A DNA stretch of 64,000 nt from NCBI RefSeq assembly GCF_018350175.1, contig NC_058368.1:35156001-35220000 (forward strand), in the 5' to 3' direction. This document shows positions 35,974-49,155 of the stretch, one piece after another. Origin of the DNA: Felis catus (lineage: Eukaryota). The position numbers were made by a program, and so were the translations under genes. The notes beneath the pieces were generated by a model. It worked only from the letters and a program-made list of their open reading frames with translations. It was not told the DNA's origin and made no database searches. Every line of letters begins with the position of its first letter. Position 1 is the first letter of the stretch.

Positions 35974-36596
35974 AAATAAATTTTGTCTGCGCTAACGTTC
36001 ACAGAAGGATAAACTCAAAAAGTGTTAAAGCGTTTCTGATTGCTTCTAATGCCCTAGATGGCAAAACAGGTATAATATTAAGGACTGCTTCTCTATGCTG
36101 GGGCAAAATTTTCTTACTACATCCTTGTCTCTGTCACTCCTAGCTACTGGTTAAGGCGGGGGGGGGGGGGGGGGTGATTTGGCAGGTAGTTGGCAAACAC
36201 ATGTTCTGACATTTTGGGGAGCTTTCTGGGAAGCCTCCAGAAGCAATACAAGTTTGATACAATAAAGCAAGTAAATGGAGGTAGCCAGTCAAGGGATTCA
36301 CCAAAAAAAAAAAAAAAAAAAGATGTGAGACGTTGGACAAAGAGTGCAGGGGGACACCTAGGACATAAGTGATCCACACATATTTCACAAACATTTACTT
36401 TGTGCTGAAGGCATTTTTGGTTTCTTGCTAATGTCAGTAAGAAGTTATTGAGCAGACCTAAGGGATCCATGATTGTAACAGAACCATTTGTATCTGAAAA
36501 ATTCCTCAGGTCCAGTGGGATCTGGACCAGGTGGGTAAGTGGGGGAAGGGGAGTAGACATTAGGAAGCATCGCTGTAGTTCAAGTGACAGATGGTA

Positions 36597-37078
36597 CAGC
36601 CCTCCGCTGGTGCTCCTCCATGTGCAAGGGTAACATATGCCTAGGTTCTGTTTGCTTTTTTTTGGTTGTTTTTCAAATTCACCAGAGATCAGTGTTTTGG
36701 GAAAATACAATAAAGAGTGAAAGAGCAGGGGTGCCTGGGTGGCTCAGTCGATTAAGCTTCTGATTCTTGGTTTTGGTTCAGATCATGATCTCACAGTTCG
36801 CGAGTTCTAGCCCTATGCTGGGTTCTTGCTGACAGTGTAGAGCCTGCTTGATATTCTCGCTCCCTCCACCCCTCCCTGCCTTTCTTTCTCTCTCAAAATA
36901 AATAAATTTTAAAAAGTGAGAGACTAGAAGAAAAATGATCATACGCTTGAATGTCTCCCATGACAAATTTCCTTTAAAAGTGTTAAATGTTTACTCCACA
37001 TTTCCATGTTTATATCCCTGAGAATAACAAGCAGTTTAAGGACTGACATTAGCCATGGACCACACTTTGAGTAGTAGA
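36597..37078. mobile_element. hAT-Charlie type MITE, split by a SINE and nested in L2
   Basis: Ends ...catggaccacactttgagtagta (MER5/Charlie-type terminus); L2-like antisense sequence on both sides. Confidence 0.5.
36728..36915 (+). mobile_element. Can-SINE
   Basis: GGGGTGCCTGGGTGGCTCAGTCG head; CT tract; AAATAAATAAA tail. Confidence 0.95.
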
Positions 37079-37079
37079 G

Positions 37080-37400
37080 TAGGATGGTAACAGTAGACAT
37101 GAGAAAAATATATAGATTGGAGACCTATTCACAATAAAATGGACACTACTTGATGAATGACCAGATTGGAGATTTTGCATTGAGGCAGAAGAAACTAACA
37201 AGAATGACATTTAGACTTTTGGCATGAGTTATTGAATAAATCACGGAGTTCTTTACTGGAAGAGGAAACATTGCAGGGGAAGCATGTTTAGGCTAGATGG
37301 AGAAGAGATAGAGAAAAGAGAATGTATTCAGGTCAAATGTGTTGATTTTTCAATGACAGGGTTTTGAGTGAGCAGTATGATGTGAGTTTAGGGAATAAAA
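37080..37400 (-). mobile_element. L2 fragment
   Basis: acttgatgaatgaccagattgg...agaatgacatttagacttttggcatgag... Confidence 0.6.
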
Positions 37401-37424
37401 CATTGATATAAGCAAAATAATAGT

Positions 37425-37660
37425 AACTAATAAACAGTAACATTTATATACAAACATTAATAACGGTGTGCATGACAGTTGTTTAAAAAATGTGGATATT
37501 TAATTCTCACCATGATATAGTACTACTTCTGGTCCCACTTTACAGAGGAGAAAACTGAGATACAGGCAAGATGAATAATTTGTTTAGAGTCTCAGCTGAA
37601 AAGTGGATGTCCTGGAGCATAAAAAGAGATGATCTGAACCCTACACAGTACTCCACCTCC
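37425..37660 (-). mobile_element. MIR
   Basis: tttaattctcac...cccactttacagaggagaaaactgagatacag...aataatttgtttagagtctcagct. Confidence 0.75.
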
Positions 37661-38489
37661 AGAATAAACATCTAGGTAAAAAATATAAGTTCCAGGTGTA
37701 ATATTGAGTTCTAAAAGCTCTGTCTTAGCTTCTGGGCAAATTGAATGAGTTAAACTACTGCATATGCTAATTGTATTTTGTTGTTCAGTTTGGGGGTTTC
37801 TAGTCTTTAGGAATGAAGAAGGCCAGTTGGGACCAGTAAGCCAGAGACATAACATTGACTACTTCTTTTCATGCAGCAGATATTTACAAACTCCAAACAT
37901 CAAATCCTGAAGAAAGGAAATCACAGATAAAAGCATTTCCTTTTAATTACTTGGCATCAGTTTCCTTCTCACGTTCTGTCTCGTGAACATGTAATAATGC
38001 AAGTGTCGTTGGTGAAAAGTATTTTTAGACCTAAACCTTGTCACTTTAATGTACAACACTGGTAGCTCACTCTTATTTAATAAGTCATAATGAGAATTCA
38101 GAGCAATTAACCATGGACACCGGGGGTGGTAGCAGGTTAGGACGCAAGCGGCCAGAATCAATATCCAGGCAATAGCAGATGGGCCAGGGTAACCAGAGGG
38201 CAGATGTGCAAGGTCCAACATAGGCTAGGGGTCCAAACTAAGGGTAAAAGGTAGGGAAATCTGACTCTGGGTCTAGACCAGCTGGGTATGAGTCCAGAAG
38301 ATCATCCTGAAATCTGTCCAAGGCAACAGGAGGCCAGATGAGTGCACCATAACCTGAAGCTGAGAAGAATTCAAGAGATATATCAATCCAGCCAAAAACA
38401 GCATCTGGAAGACCCAAATGACAGTCATCTTAAAGACAAACATGAAAAGTAAGGATGGGGCATGTCAGGGAGTGATTTCTAATCAGTTT

Positions 38490-38700
38490 AGAAAGGCAGT
38501 GGTTACCAACAATAGGCTTTGTATTCAAAGAGCCTGAGTGAAATACCAGGATGGTATTCAACTTTTTACCTATTTAACTTTGGACAATGTATTCAAGCTT
38601 CCAAAACTTCACTTCTTTTATTGAGTTGGTAGACAACTAATTAAGCAATGTATATAAAATATTTAGTGCAATATCTAGAATGTTCTCAATAATAAAAATA
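38490..38700 (+). mobile_element. MIR
   Basis: gcagtggtta...ggctttgtattcaaagagcctgagtgaaatacc...aactttggacaatgtattcaagctt. Confidence 0.65.
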
Positions 38701-38809
38701 TATAATGTTTGGCTGATGAACATGATGGTGATGGTGATATTCAGGCAGGGTAGGCAGGTGCCCTTCCTGTGAATAACACTGCACTGTTAAAGGAAAATAT
38801 ATAGATATA

Positions 38810-39014
38810 GGAGTTCCTGGGTGGCTCAGGTGGTTAAGCGGAGGACTTTTGATTTCAACTCAGGTCATGATCTCATTGTTCATGGGTATGAGCTCCGCAT
38901 TCAGGCTCCATCCGTGTTCACAGTGAGGAGGCTGCTTGGGATCCTCTCTCCCTCTTTCTCTGCCCCTCCCCTGCTCACCGTCCCCCCCCAAAATAAATTA
39001 ACAAACTTTAAAAA
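38810..39014 (+). mobile_element. Can-SINE
   Basis: Head ggagttcctgggtggctcagg; degenerate TSD gaaaatatatagatata / gaaaatctgtagatata. Confidence 0.93.
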
Positions 39015-40076
39015 AAGAAAATCTGTAGATATAAATATGCCTTATCTTTTGTCTTTTTAACTAGGAAATTTTTTCCTTTGGATAATAAATGAAAATAAAC
39101 TTTGACAATATGAGACCGCCATTTTTCAAACTAGTCCATTTGTTTCCATAAACTCACCAAGCCATTATTGACCAGGGCACAGTGTGTCAGAGAATTTGCC
39201 ACACTACCATTAGGTAGGATGCAGCATAACTGATACTGAAGTATCTCAAGTCTGGTATCCCACATACATTGGGTGAGGCCTTAGTCTCCAGGCTCCCACC
39301 CTTATCCTAAAGTTGTAGCCTGTCTGTAAATCCTCCTAGTAGGCCAGCAAATCCACCTGAGCTTCTGTGTTATTTTCTGTTTGGTATTCCAGTGTCTAAA
39401 GCCAGCCCTAGGCTCCTAGCTCTAATTTGTTGTGGATCACAGTTAATCACCTACCACTTTGGTTCAAGGTAAGCTGGGGATATGGGAAGAATTAACTTAT
39501 ACGAAATAAAGTGTGGCACCTGATGAAAATGTGAAGAAAGCAAGGCAAGTTGCCGGCCAGAGAAGCTGAGTTTTATAACTGACACTGTTAAGTCAGTGTT
39601 GCTGTAGAGCTTTAGAGAGTGTGATGTGGGGAAAATTCTTTCAGGGTTTTGAGGACAGAAAATAATACTGGGACCCCACAGGGCAGGCTCAGCAAGACCT
39701 CTGGGAATTGAAAGTGGACCCTGAAAAGGGATGGAAAAGCTGGAATACTCACTGCTTCCCAAACTAATTTGTGGCAATTTTAGCTGATTTGTGGAAATAG
39801 TGTGACACATCTAAACTAACTTAGGGTATAGGAAAGAAAAACTAATTCCAAATCTTTTCTAGTCTTTAAATGGAGTTTAAGATTTACACCTTGTTAATTT
39901 CCATATAGAGACCCTATAAGGACAACAAAACCTGGAAATTTCTGGATATATGTTTGAAGTATTGAAATTGGAAAAAGATAGTCAAAGGAGATTCTTTCTA
40001 GCTCCAACCTTCTTGAACACACACACATACACACTCAAATATACTCACTCCTACAGACACAGTCACTCTCTTGCTG

Positions 40077-40084
<8 letters not shown>

Positions 40085-40132
<48 letters not shown>
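40085..40132. repeat. (AC)n microsatellite, about 24 perfect units
   Basis: Direct reading. Confidence 0.97.
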
Positions 40133-40137
<5 letters not shown>

Positions 40138-40504
40138 CTAAATTTTATGATGTTTCAGATCAATCATTAGGTCCTGTCCCTGGCTTTTTCTTCAACTGTC
40201 ACCCTTGAAGATATCTTACAATAAATTATATCAGAATAACCTTTTTTGCCAAGTTATTAGAAATGTGATTTAAAAAAAATGTGACAGATACAGTACATCA
40301 CTGTTTAGCAAGGCAACTGACAAAGATTCTCATGTAGAATGGAAATTAAGGAGGAATAGAGTGATAAAAGTTCTGTGAAAGAAAAAAGTAAATGAATTAG
40401 TAAGTGTTTTAACACCATGTTCAGAGAATAATTACAGAAAACATCACTTAGCTTGGAAATCTGAGAGAATGAACTTAAAGTATGAACTGTAATATTGATT
40501 ATCT

Positions 40505-40660
40505 TCATAACAATGGACAACTTACTCAACTCTTCTAAGCCTTTGTTTCCTCACCTCTATAGAGATAATAAAAATGACAACAGCAACAGTAAAAATAATC
40601 TTCATATGGTGGTTCTCAAGATTCAATGCAAGTTCATTAAATATTCTTAGCATAGTGATC
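40505..40660 (+). mobile_element. MIR
   Basis: atggacaacttactcaactcttctaagcctttgtttcctcacctctat. Confidence 0.7.
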
Positions 40661-43164
40661 TATTTTGGCTAAATTAAAAAAAAAACTTTTCTAGCTTTGC
40701 TTCTCAAAGACAAAATGTACCACCTTGAAATGATACATAACTCTCATACCAGTATAGTTCAGACATCCTGTTCATGGGAATGATGTACAAAGTGTCAAAT
40801 ATCAGACAGGTGACTATATGAAATAACATTAAGATCCCTTAGCCTATGAGTCTATAATCCTATGCCCAAATTATTTGATAGTTGGGATTAGAAGTATCTT
40901 TCAGGAGATGCCAGGTGTCATGACCCTGGGGCTGAAGATAGTGGGAGTGTTGCACTATGGAGCAGTTGTAAAGTCTTCTGCTTGAATAGCAAACATCTCT
41001 ACTCAAACTGCTCAATCAATAAGGTAATATAATTATTTTAATCATAACAGTCGAAGGACAGATTATATGAAGATTCGATAAATTAGTGTTTTAAATATAT
41101 TATCTGGGAATTTTCTTATTTCTTCTTCCATCAACAATGTCAACTTCATCCTACAGCATGAGAGGTTTTCCTCATCATCCTAAAACATCCTAGGATGCCA
41201 GCAATAATTGGGGAACTATGCTTTCTGGTTTCCAAGTTTCCTCTACTCCCAACTGTCCTTTCCTTTGGTACAATTGGGCCATTTACAGGTATGAGCTCAC
41301 CTCCAAAAGATTAACGTCACCAGGGCATTTCTAGGCACTGACTAGCTCATATCAGTTAAGATGTGCACTTGGGTTAGTAAATGGAATCAACCTTGCTAGA
41401 AGGCCATGACCAAAAGAAGTAGATGTCAAGACCTAAAGCAAACATGTTTTTAGAAAGGGAAAATATCAGTGAAAGTTGGCTAGGAACAGGGCTCATCACA
41501 GGTAACAATTTCAGAAATTAGTTTGGGTAAGAGATAATCAGTGCATGCCCTAAGATTGGACACTTCAGAATAAGAATAAAGAAAAGAATTTGATCAAGTT
41601 TAAAAGGATGCAGGATATAGAAGCAGGTAGACATTATTGAGACGTTTCAATTTTTCTTCAACCACAATACTCTTCACATAAGAATAAAAAGATTATGGAA
41701 AACTGTAAAGAAATGATTCAAGTTAAATAGAACAGGCACCTTGTAGGCAGTGAATATTTTCTCAGTACACATTATATCATTTTAATCAGAAACATTTTTT
41801 TGTCAGTACTCACTTTGTGACCATGCTAAGTATCCTGTATACATGATTTCATTAATAGAAAAATTTTGATTGAATAAACAAATAAATAAATATATTAGTG
41901 AGAACACACATTACAAAGGGAATGCTACAAAATCATACCTCATTCAAGTTTCACCTTTCCATAAGATTGGTCTAGAGAGAATGTTAAAGATAAATCAGAA
42001 CATGAAGTTGGCTGTGGAGTATGCCAAACAGAAGTGTGGGAAGTTGTGAGAAATAATGATTCAGTTTCATAGAAACACAACTTTGAAACCCAGAAGGAGT
42101 TAGAAGAATCTGTGGTAATTCTGGGATAGAGAACATACTAACACCCTAAAACAGCTTGTAGTAGCCCCACAAAAGGAAACTTTCCGTTCGGTTGGCATGA
42201 TTTTTAAAACAAAAGAACATGAATATGCAGTCAGAAGAAAAGTTTCATCTAAATATATAAGTATTTTTCTCCTTGGAAAAGTCAACAAGACTTTTTAACA
42301 GAATCTTAACAGTTCTCAATGACTGCATCCTTTTTGTGTTGATTGGGACGTGAATCTACCTTCATAACACACTTATTATATATCAAATTTGGTAAAAAAC
42401 AGAATCTCAAATGAAGGCTATAGGCACATTATGTAAAGCCCACAACTTCTGTTTCCCACAATCTCCATTTTGCTGGCTCTGGGGTTCTCTTGCCATTTCT
42501 TGCCAAATTATATTTGCTCTCTGTCAATGTCCATTGGCAATTTGACAACGTGCTGAATCTGCAGGAACCACGGCATGCTGTGCAAGAGCTCCCAGAGCAG
42601 ATTTCTGACAGATTTTCTTCCCCTGCAGTAATAAGGCTTGCACTACACTTTATGCAGAAGGGCATAAATTAGTTAATATTTCTAAAGCATTTTCAAGATG
42701 AAAAGTGCCATATACATACTAAGTTTTACTATTAATTTCTGTTGCTACAAGGATCAAGAAAAGAGGACAAACACATTAAGCTTTACTAGCAGAAGCTTTA
42801 ACACGTTACAAAGATTGTCAGGATGGTGGGCAATGACAAAACACTGCATTTGCCTTCACATTTGACAACCTTTGATAAAACAGATAAATCAATGTTCTTG
42901 AAAAAATACAAATTCATCACATTCATAATTCATTTGAGTTACAGATAAAATCCTAACAAAGATTTCCCATATTTTGACAATGTTATGGACAGTCACTTGA
43001 GAACTGAGCACATTCTCAATTCAAAATCCTTTTACTAAAATGGGCACTTGTTTCTGCATATTTCTCTTTTTCACAAATGAGACTTCACTTAACCCAAAGT
43101 TCCTAACTAATAAGGCCAGACCCAATTCCTAAGAATTTGTTAAGGCCCAGGTGAAGAAATACCA

Positions 43165-43290
43165 ATTCTTCTTGGCCACATCTCAAAATATTAGATCAAC
43201 ATCTTCCAGGATCAGTCTGGAGCTTTTGCATTTTTAACAGGAGTTCCAACTGCTTCTGCTTTGTAGTTGTGGCTGGAAACCACGATTACC
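43165..43290. mobile_element. MER5-like hAT MITE fragment
   Basis: ttcttggccacatctcaaa...tgcatttttaacagg...tgcttctg. Confidence 0.5.
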
Positions 43291-43994
43291 TAATTCATAT
43301 ACTCTTAAAAGTTTTTTTGGGTTTTTTATTCCTGACAGCCCATAATGCTTTCACTCTTAAACCAATGTTAGTTGTGGTTACTTATCTTAAATGGGTTCAA
43401 ACTGTAGGAAACAAAAATCTGTAAAATTTTTGGAACTTATGTTTCTCTTCTTAACCTCTGATTAAGCTTCTAACTTTTATTAAAAAAAAAAACTTATCTT
43501 TGTAACTGGTTATTTCTCTATTTCCATTCTCATTTGCCAAAACTGTTTGGTGATGTTAGATCAGGAAATTCCATCTATAGTCCTCAGCACAACCCCACCC
43601 TTTGATTCCTACAATAGTCCTCAGTCTTGCTCTGGCAATGCACTAAGTTCTTGGCTTTTAACTATTTTAAATTCAGACAAGACTTAACTTAGTCCTTTGA
43701 AGGTATTCTGTCTGTTCAATTGAATTTTGTGTTTTTACCTTGTCTCCTTTACTGTTTCATCTCATTTCCTTTAAAGTACTATCTGTCGATGTGCCTTTGT
43801 TTTATTTATTTTCATCCACCTTTTTATTCTTTTCAAATGTGGAACCAGAGGTGCCATCATCATATGGTCAGGTTCATTGCCAGCATACACCAGACCACTA
43901 TAATCAACCCCACCTGCAAACTGGGCTCCTGTTAGTAAAATTGTGTCACCTCATTTCCTCAACAATTCAGATGTATCATGGTACAGGTAAAAGT

Positions 43995-44190
43995 GCATAA
44001 GATCTAGTATGAGAAAGTTTATTTAATCTGGCTTAGACCCTTATTAACTGTGACCTCAAATAAGAAATTGACTTCCTGGCTTTCTGAAAGGAGGCCAATG
44101 ATAATGGTTCTAGCAACTTCATGGAATGGTGGTTAGGATCAAATAAAATCATGGATCTAAAAGTGCTTTGAAAATTGTTAAGTAACTGTT
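43995..44190 (+). mobile_element. MIR
   Basis: taactgtgacctcaaataag...ggttaggatcaaataaaatcatggatctaaaagtgctttgaaaattgt. Confidence 0.7.
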
Positions 44191-44319
44191 GCACATGAGA
44201 GAAAATCTACAAATGAAAAAGTCATGGCTTTAATATAAAAATCACTGGAAATTAATTAACTTTTCCATTTATCCCTGGATAAAGACAGGACCAGGTAGAA
44301 AAGTGTAGAGAAAGACATT

Positions 44320-44556
44320 TCAGTGAACAAGAAGCAAAATTGTGTGAAGACTAAGCTGAAGCAAACATAACAGAAAGCAGAGTCGAAAGACAGAGAAATG
44401 AACAGCATCGCTTGAGCCACTACAGCAGACCTGGACTGACACTAGCCATACTTTAGGACTTTTCAGATAAGTGAGCCCAAGACATTTTTTGTTTCAATTT
44501 GGGGGTTTTAGTTGGATGTTTTATCACTCACAGCTCAAGAAATCACAACTAATACA
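44320..44556 (+). mobile_element. MaLR LTR 3' part (MLT1J-like)
   Basis: gaagcaaacataacagaaagcagagtcgaaagacagag...ggacttttcagataagtgagccc...ttatcactcacagctcaagaaatcacaactaataca. Confidence 0.7.
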
Positions 44557-46120
44557 GGGTGTCAGTTAATTGTGGGTATTAAGACACTGTTCTACATTGT
44601 AGGATTTAGAAAGTTGAATCTAAATAATTTGACTTGAGTGGAGTATTGTCTTTGTTAAAAACATATGTAAATATTGCAAATATGTTCAGACAACTTTACA
44701 TTTAAAAAGGATGAATGAGGACCTCCCTAGGGGAGATTATACCTTGGAATGCTACAGAACTGTGTCCCTCAACAAAATATTCTTTATGAGAGAAATGTGG
44801 GTCTCTGGTAAAGCTATTGCAGTGTTGACCATTGCTAAACATCTACCCTCTTTTCACCTTCTGCTTTGTGGATAAATTTTAACTTTACTGGAAAAATATT
44901 TGAGAACAATGTAAGCCTTTGTCAGCAGTATTGGTCTACAGTTAGTCTTTGATTCTACAGACAGGTACTACCATGGGCCAAACTATGTGATCTCAGCACA
45001 GGTCTCAGGCTGTGAAGGTCCCTTCAAAGCTGGAACCATAATGCCACTGTGAGAGTCAGAACAGATAGGAATGAGCTCTCAACATCAAATTTCAATCAGA
45101 AACCAAGAAAGAGACTTGTGTCCTAGCCCTACTTCTTTTTAATTTATTTCAAAATAATTTGATATATCTTTCGAATGATCTGAATACCTTCCTGCCCCAG
45201 GAAGTAAGAAGACAAGCACCTACTTCTGTGCTGATGACATGGATTTCTCATCAGGTTCCAAGAGCTGCCTTGATAAGCTACTAAGCCTGCTGGCTAAACA
45301 CTGTCAGCTTAATATCCACTGTACCAAAGCCCAAAATTATTTTAGATAGACATTCCAACATGCAGATGAAGAATATGAGTGAAATCCATCCAACAGGATT
45401 ATTAACTTAGCCATCAGGGCTTAACATTAATTTATTACATCTTTATTGAATAGATTCCACATGCCAGAAGCTTTGTTAGGAAGGATTAGAGATTGTTTAG
45501 TACTTAAGATTCAGTCCCTGCCCTTAAGAAACTTATATTCTAAAGTTGAATGCAAAGATCAAATAAATTCTATAAAGTCATACTTTTATACAGAGACTAA
45601 TGTAAGAAAAAAGTCAAACTGCTGAGTACTTGCTTTGATCAGACAAAAAGAACATACTATGTGTCTTAGTTTATTACAATGTACAAGTTCAACAAGTATC
45701 TTTAACTAACATGAATTTGACCCTTTATTTTATTAAATTTTTTTGTATATGGTTCTCATTTTCAAGTTCTCAAATCTTTTTGATGCTATTTTAAGTATTT
45801 TTGAAGAAGGTATAACATTTTGTGTCTCTGCTTAACCATCTCACTTGTATAGTAAGGTCATCTCTTGCATGACTTACATTGCATTCACTAAAAACTGAAC
45901 AAAACAATGTGTTACAAACAAGAGAAAAAACAAAATATAGCACCTTACAAGTGAAGTAGGTCCAGCCATCAAGTTTAGTACAAAATCATTTGGGAAGGTA
46001 GCATTTGATAAAATCTTTCATGATATCCCTACATGATAGTTAACAAGAGTACCTACAGGTAGACTTAGATGGATGAAAAGAGTTGACTCATAGATTATGT
46101 TCAATCTAGAAACCAGCCTC

Positions 46121-46323
46121 GGGGCACCTGGGTGACTCAGTCAGTTGAGTGTTGGCCTTTGGCTCAGGTCACCATCTCACCGTTTGTGAGTTTGAGTCCT
46201 GCATCAGGCTCTCTGCTGTCAGTGTGGAACCCGCTTCAGATCTTCTGTGCCCCTTCTCTTTCTGCCCCTCCCCAACTCATGCATCCATGTGTGCTTGCTC
46301 TCTCTCACTCAAAAATAAACATT
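46121..46323 (+). mobile_element. Can-SINE
   Basis: TSD tagaaaccagcctc (46107-46120) / tagaaatcagcttc (46324-46337). Confidence 0.95.
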
Positions 46324-46724
46324 TAGAAATCAGCTTCTAAGGACATGTCTTAGAAGGTTTCCTTGGTTTTGTCCTGTTCAGTGTTTTAACCACATATCAG
46401 ATAAAGTCATAGAAGCCATATTTAGTATATTTTTCGGGATGCAATAATCTCAGTGGGATGGCTAAATTTTTGTATAGCAGAAACATGGCACTTAAGGTTT
46501 TCATCGAGATTCACATATCCCAGCTTGATTCAACTATTAAATATGTAAGATCAGGCTGGAAAAGACTACAATTAATTGCAACTTGGAATCATAGAATCAG
46601 TGTAAGCCAATAGTACTCTATTGTTCCAAAAAGGAAACAAGGCTATACTGGGAACCTCTATACCTTTATTTCATGGAGTTAACAAACTTAGCAGTGTGTA
46701 GGGAATGGCAACAAGGGTGGTGAT

Positions 46725-47427
46725 TGATGAGGTTTTCGGGTGATGGTGGAGTGGTCTGGAGCCGATGTCCAAGAAAGATTTCTCATACACGTCTTGTGCA
46801 AATAGGTGACTTTACTAAAGGAAAGGGACAGGACCTATGGGCAGAAAGAGCTGTGCTGGGGTTGTGAAGAATGGCTGGTTTCATACTATGGAGTTGGGGA
46901 GGTAAAGTCAAAGAGGAGACCTTCAGAGGGACTTTGATATGCTAAAGAGGACTCCAAAGATACCTGAGGCCTTGCTCTTGTCAAGCTAAGGTTGTTTTCC
47001 CTCTAGTAAGACTTTGACATTGTGATGGTAGGGCGTTCCTGGAGAAATGTTATACTCCGTATTTCCCTTAAGTATTTGCAAGTTATAAGGAAATTTAATT
47101 TTACCTGCCATTTCCTTCTTGCCTTTGTTCCCCATATCACTGTGGAGGGGTGATGTTGGGGCTCCAGGAAACTGAGTCTACAGATTTCTGGAGATTAGGC
47201 TATTATGATAAGATTGCCTTTTCTTGTAATTTACTAAAATATTTGAAAACTGATGAGACCAATGTCCTGAATGACTGTGATCTCTATCAGTTAGCCATTT
47301 GTTTTCTTTCCTTTGTCCTTGGGAAGCCAGGAGTGCCTCAGGAACTTCACAAACATACTGGGGGGTGGGGGGCGGTGGAAGGCTAGCTTGCACTTTGTCC
47401 TCAGCCCCACCCCAGACTCCCTCATCA
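46725..47427 (-). mobile_element. Solo ERV LTR, 703 bp (carnivore ERV1/CarLTR-like)
   Basis: Terminal inverted repeat TGATGAGG...CCTCATCA; 5-bp TSD gtgat/atgat; minus-strand AGTAAA candidate poly(A) signal at 46811-46816; cleanly interrupts the L3. Confidence 0.85.
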
Positions 47428-48329
47428 ATGATGGTCCCCAAAAGTCCTATCTATAGAAATGTTGAGAGAATGTGGAATATTTAGCTTGGAGAAAGAAGTG
47501 CTTGACTGAAATTTCCAAATATTTTAAAGCCTATTGTGTGTAAAGGGAAATACCCTTATTCTAAACACTTTGAAAGTCAAAACTAGTAGATCAGTAGGTA
47601 AAAGTTATGGATAGGCAAATTACATCTACATACAAGGAAGACATTTAGAACCGGTAAATGGATTTCCTTAAAAAGAAGTGAGCACTAAGAAATGATAAAA
47701 TGGGAATAATCGTGTTTTGAGACAATTTCTTGTGAACGAAGTCGGACTTCATGACTCCTTTTTTTTTTTTAACTCTAAAACTCTATGGTTCTATACATTG
47801 CATCGTTCTTAGTATATAACAGGCCCTGTATGGATATCTACCAATTTTCAATTTTAATTTCATTAATTTCATTTTATTATTTTATTTTTCTTAAGTATTA
47901 ATCAGTATGCCCTCAGATCTTACATCCCTGTTCCTACGTGGTGTTGGTATCTATTCCATAGGAAAAAGCTAGGTGTGTTAGCAACACAACATATTAAGAG
48001 TGTCTTCGTACCGGATGAAACTCCCAATGCAATAAAACAAAACTATAAGAAACAGGCTGGAATTAGGTGTTGTCAATAATTTTAATAATAGTTTTCCATA
48101 CTTAGAAAGGGTACTATCAGTAACTTTTTTCCAGATTGATATGAAAATTTGGGGGACAATAGTTTATTTCAATAGTCACTCTGATATTTACCCTCTCTAA
48201 AAAAACACATTGACAATGTAGAGTTCCAACAAATTATTTTACATGAAACAATCCATGCCCTTGGCTAATTTTTTTATTCACCACGCTGATTATCTACCTA
48301 AAGAAAGTTGTGTATTCTTCAATATTTCA

Positions 48330-48700
48330 ATATTTCAAGACTTTGATTTTTACCATTACTTCCACACTCTACATCCCACACTCTGGAAGACTCCTTCCCA
48401 GATGCTCATCATCTGGAAACTCCTACTCATCTTTTAATACCCTTCTCAATTTTTTTCACTTCCCATGCAGGTTTGCCAAGGTGCCCTCTGTAGCAATGTT
48501 CATTCCAGGTTTCTCACCAATAAATTCCTAGCTCTATTATCCTTTCTGTGATACATTATTTACATGTTAGTTTCCCCATCGAGAATAAGAATACTTTCTA
48601 GGAAGAAATGTAATTTTGTCCATTTTTATGTCCTCTTTAGAAGCAAACATGAGGGTACCTGGGACATAGCAGGTATTAAATGAAAACAGTGAGAAGAGAT
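48330..48700 (+). mobile_element. L2 3' fragment
   Basis: ctctggaagactccttcc...aaactcctactcatctttt...tttacatgttagtttccccatcgagaataag...gtacctgggacatagcaggta. Confidence 0.7.
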
Positions 48701-49155
48701 GACTGAAGCAATGCACACAGTCCCTGAGCAGATATAGTGATTAAGTAAGAAAAACCCACAGAAACAGAATTTCTCTGAAATGAAGCTAAGGTTCACTGCT
48801 CTAGCATCATCCACTATCACTTATAGCAGTAGATATTACATGTGCATTATTACCTAATGTGTCTGATCCCTGGAACGACATTCACATAATTGTGCATAAT
48901 AAAATTTAACTTGTTTTATGTGTCAAACTTTCATTTTTTTCCTAAAAAGATTATGAACAAATTTGAATCACTCGTAATTACCTTAAGGCCAAAGATGTGT
49001 TTCTTCATCTTTGTCTCTCAGCCCACATATATAGCAGAAACACAACAAATTTTGGTGAATATATTAATTATTATATTCTGTAATAGCTTTTCTTTTTTTT
49101 AAGCTAGTACCTCCGCTATTTGAAATGTTTTGTTTGACTCCCTCCTTCAAATTAC

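Larger units (their letters stand above)
45985..47800 (+). mobile_element. L3/CR1 LINE remnant (RT domain to 3' end), interrupted by a SINE and a solo LTR
   Basis: Decayed RT motifs AFDKIFHDI (46001) and LGFVLFSVL (about 46362; compare CR1 LGPVLFNIF); CR1-type 3' text tttagcttggagaaagaag...ttccaaatattttaaag after the LTR. Confidence 0.72.

Noticed and set aside
36144..36710. Longest ORF in the track (188 aa, minus strand)
   Set aside because: Runs through homopolymers (poly-Phe, poly-Pro) and L2/MITE remnants; no ATG start in the sequence and no recognisable domain.
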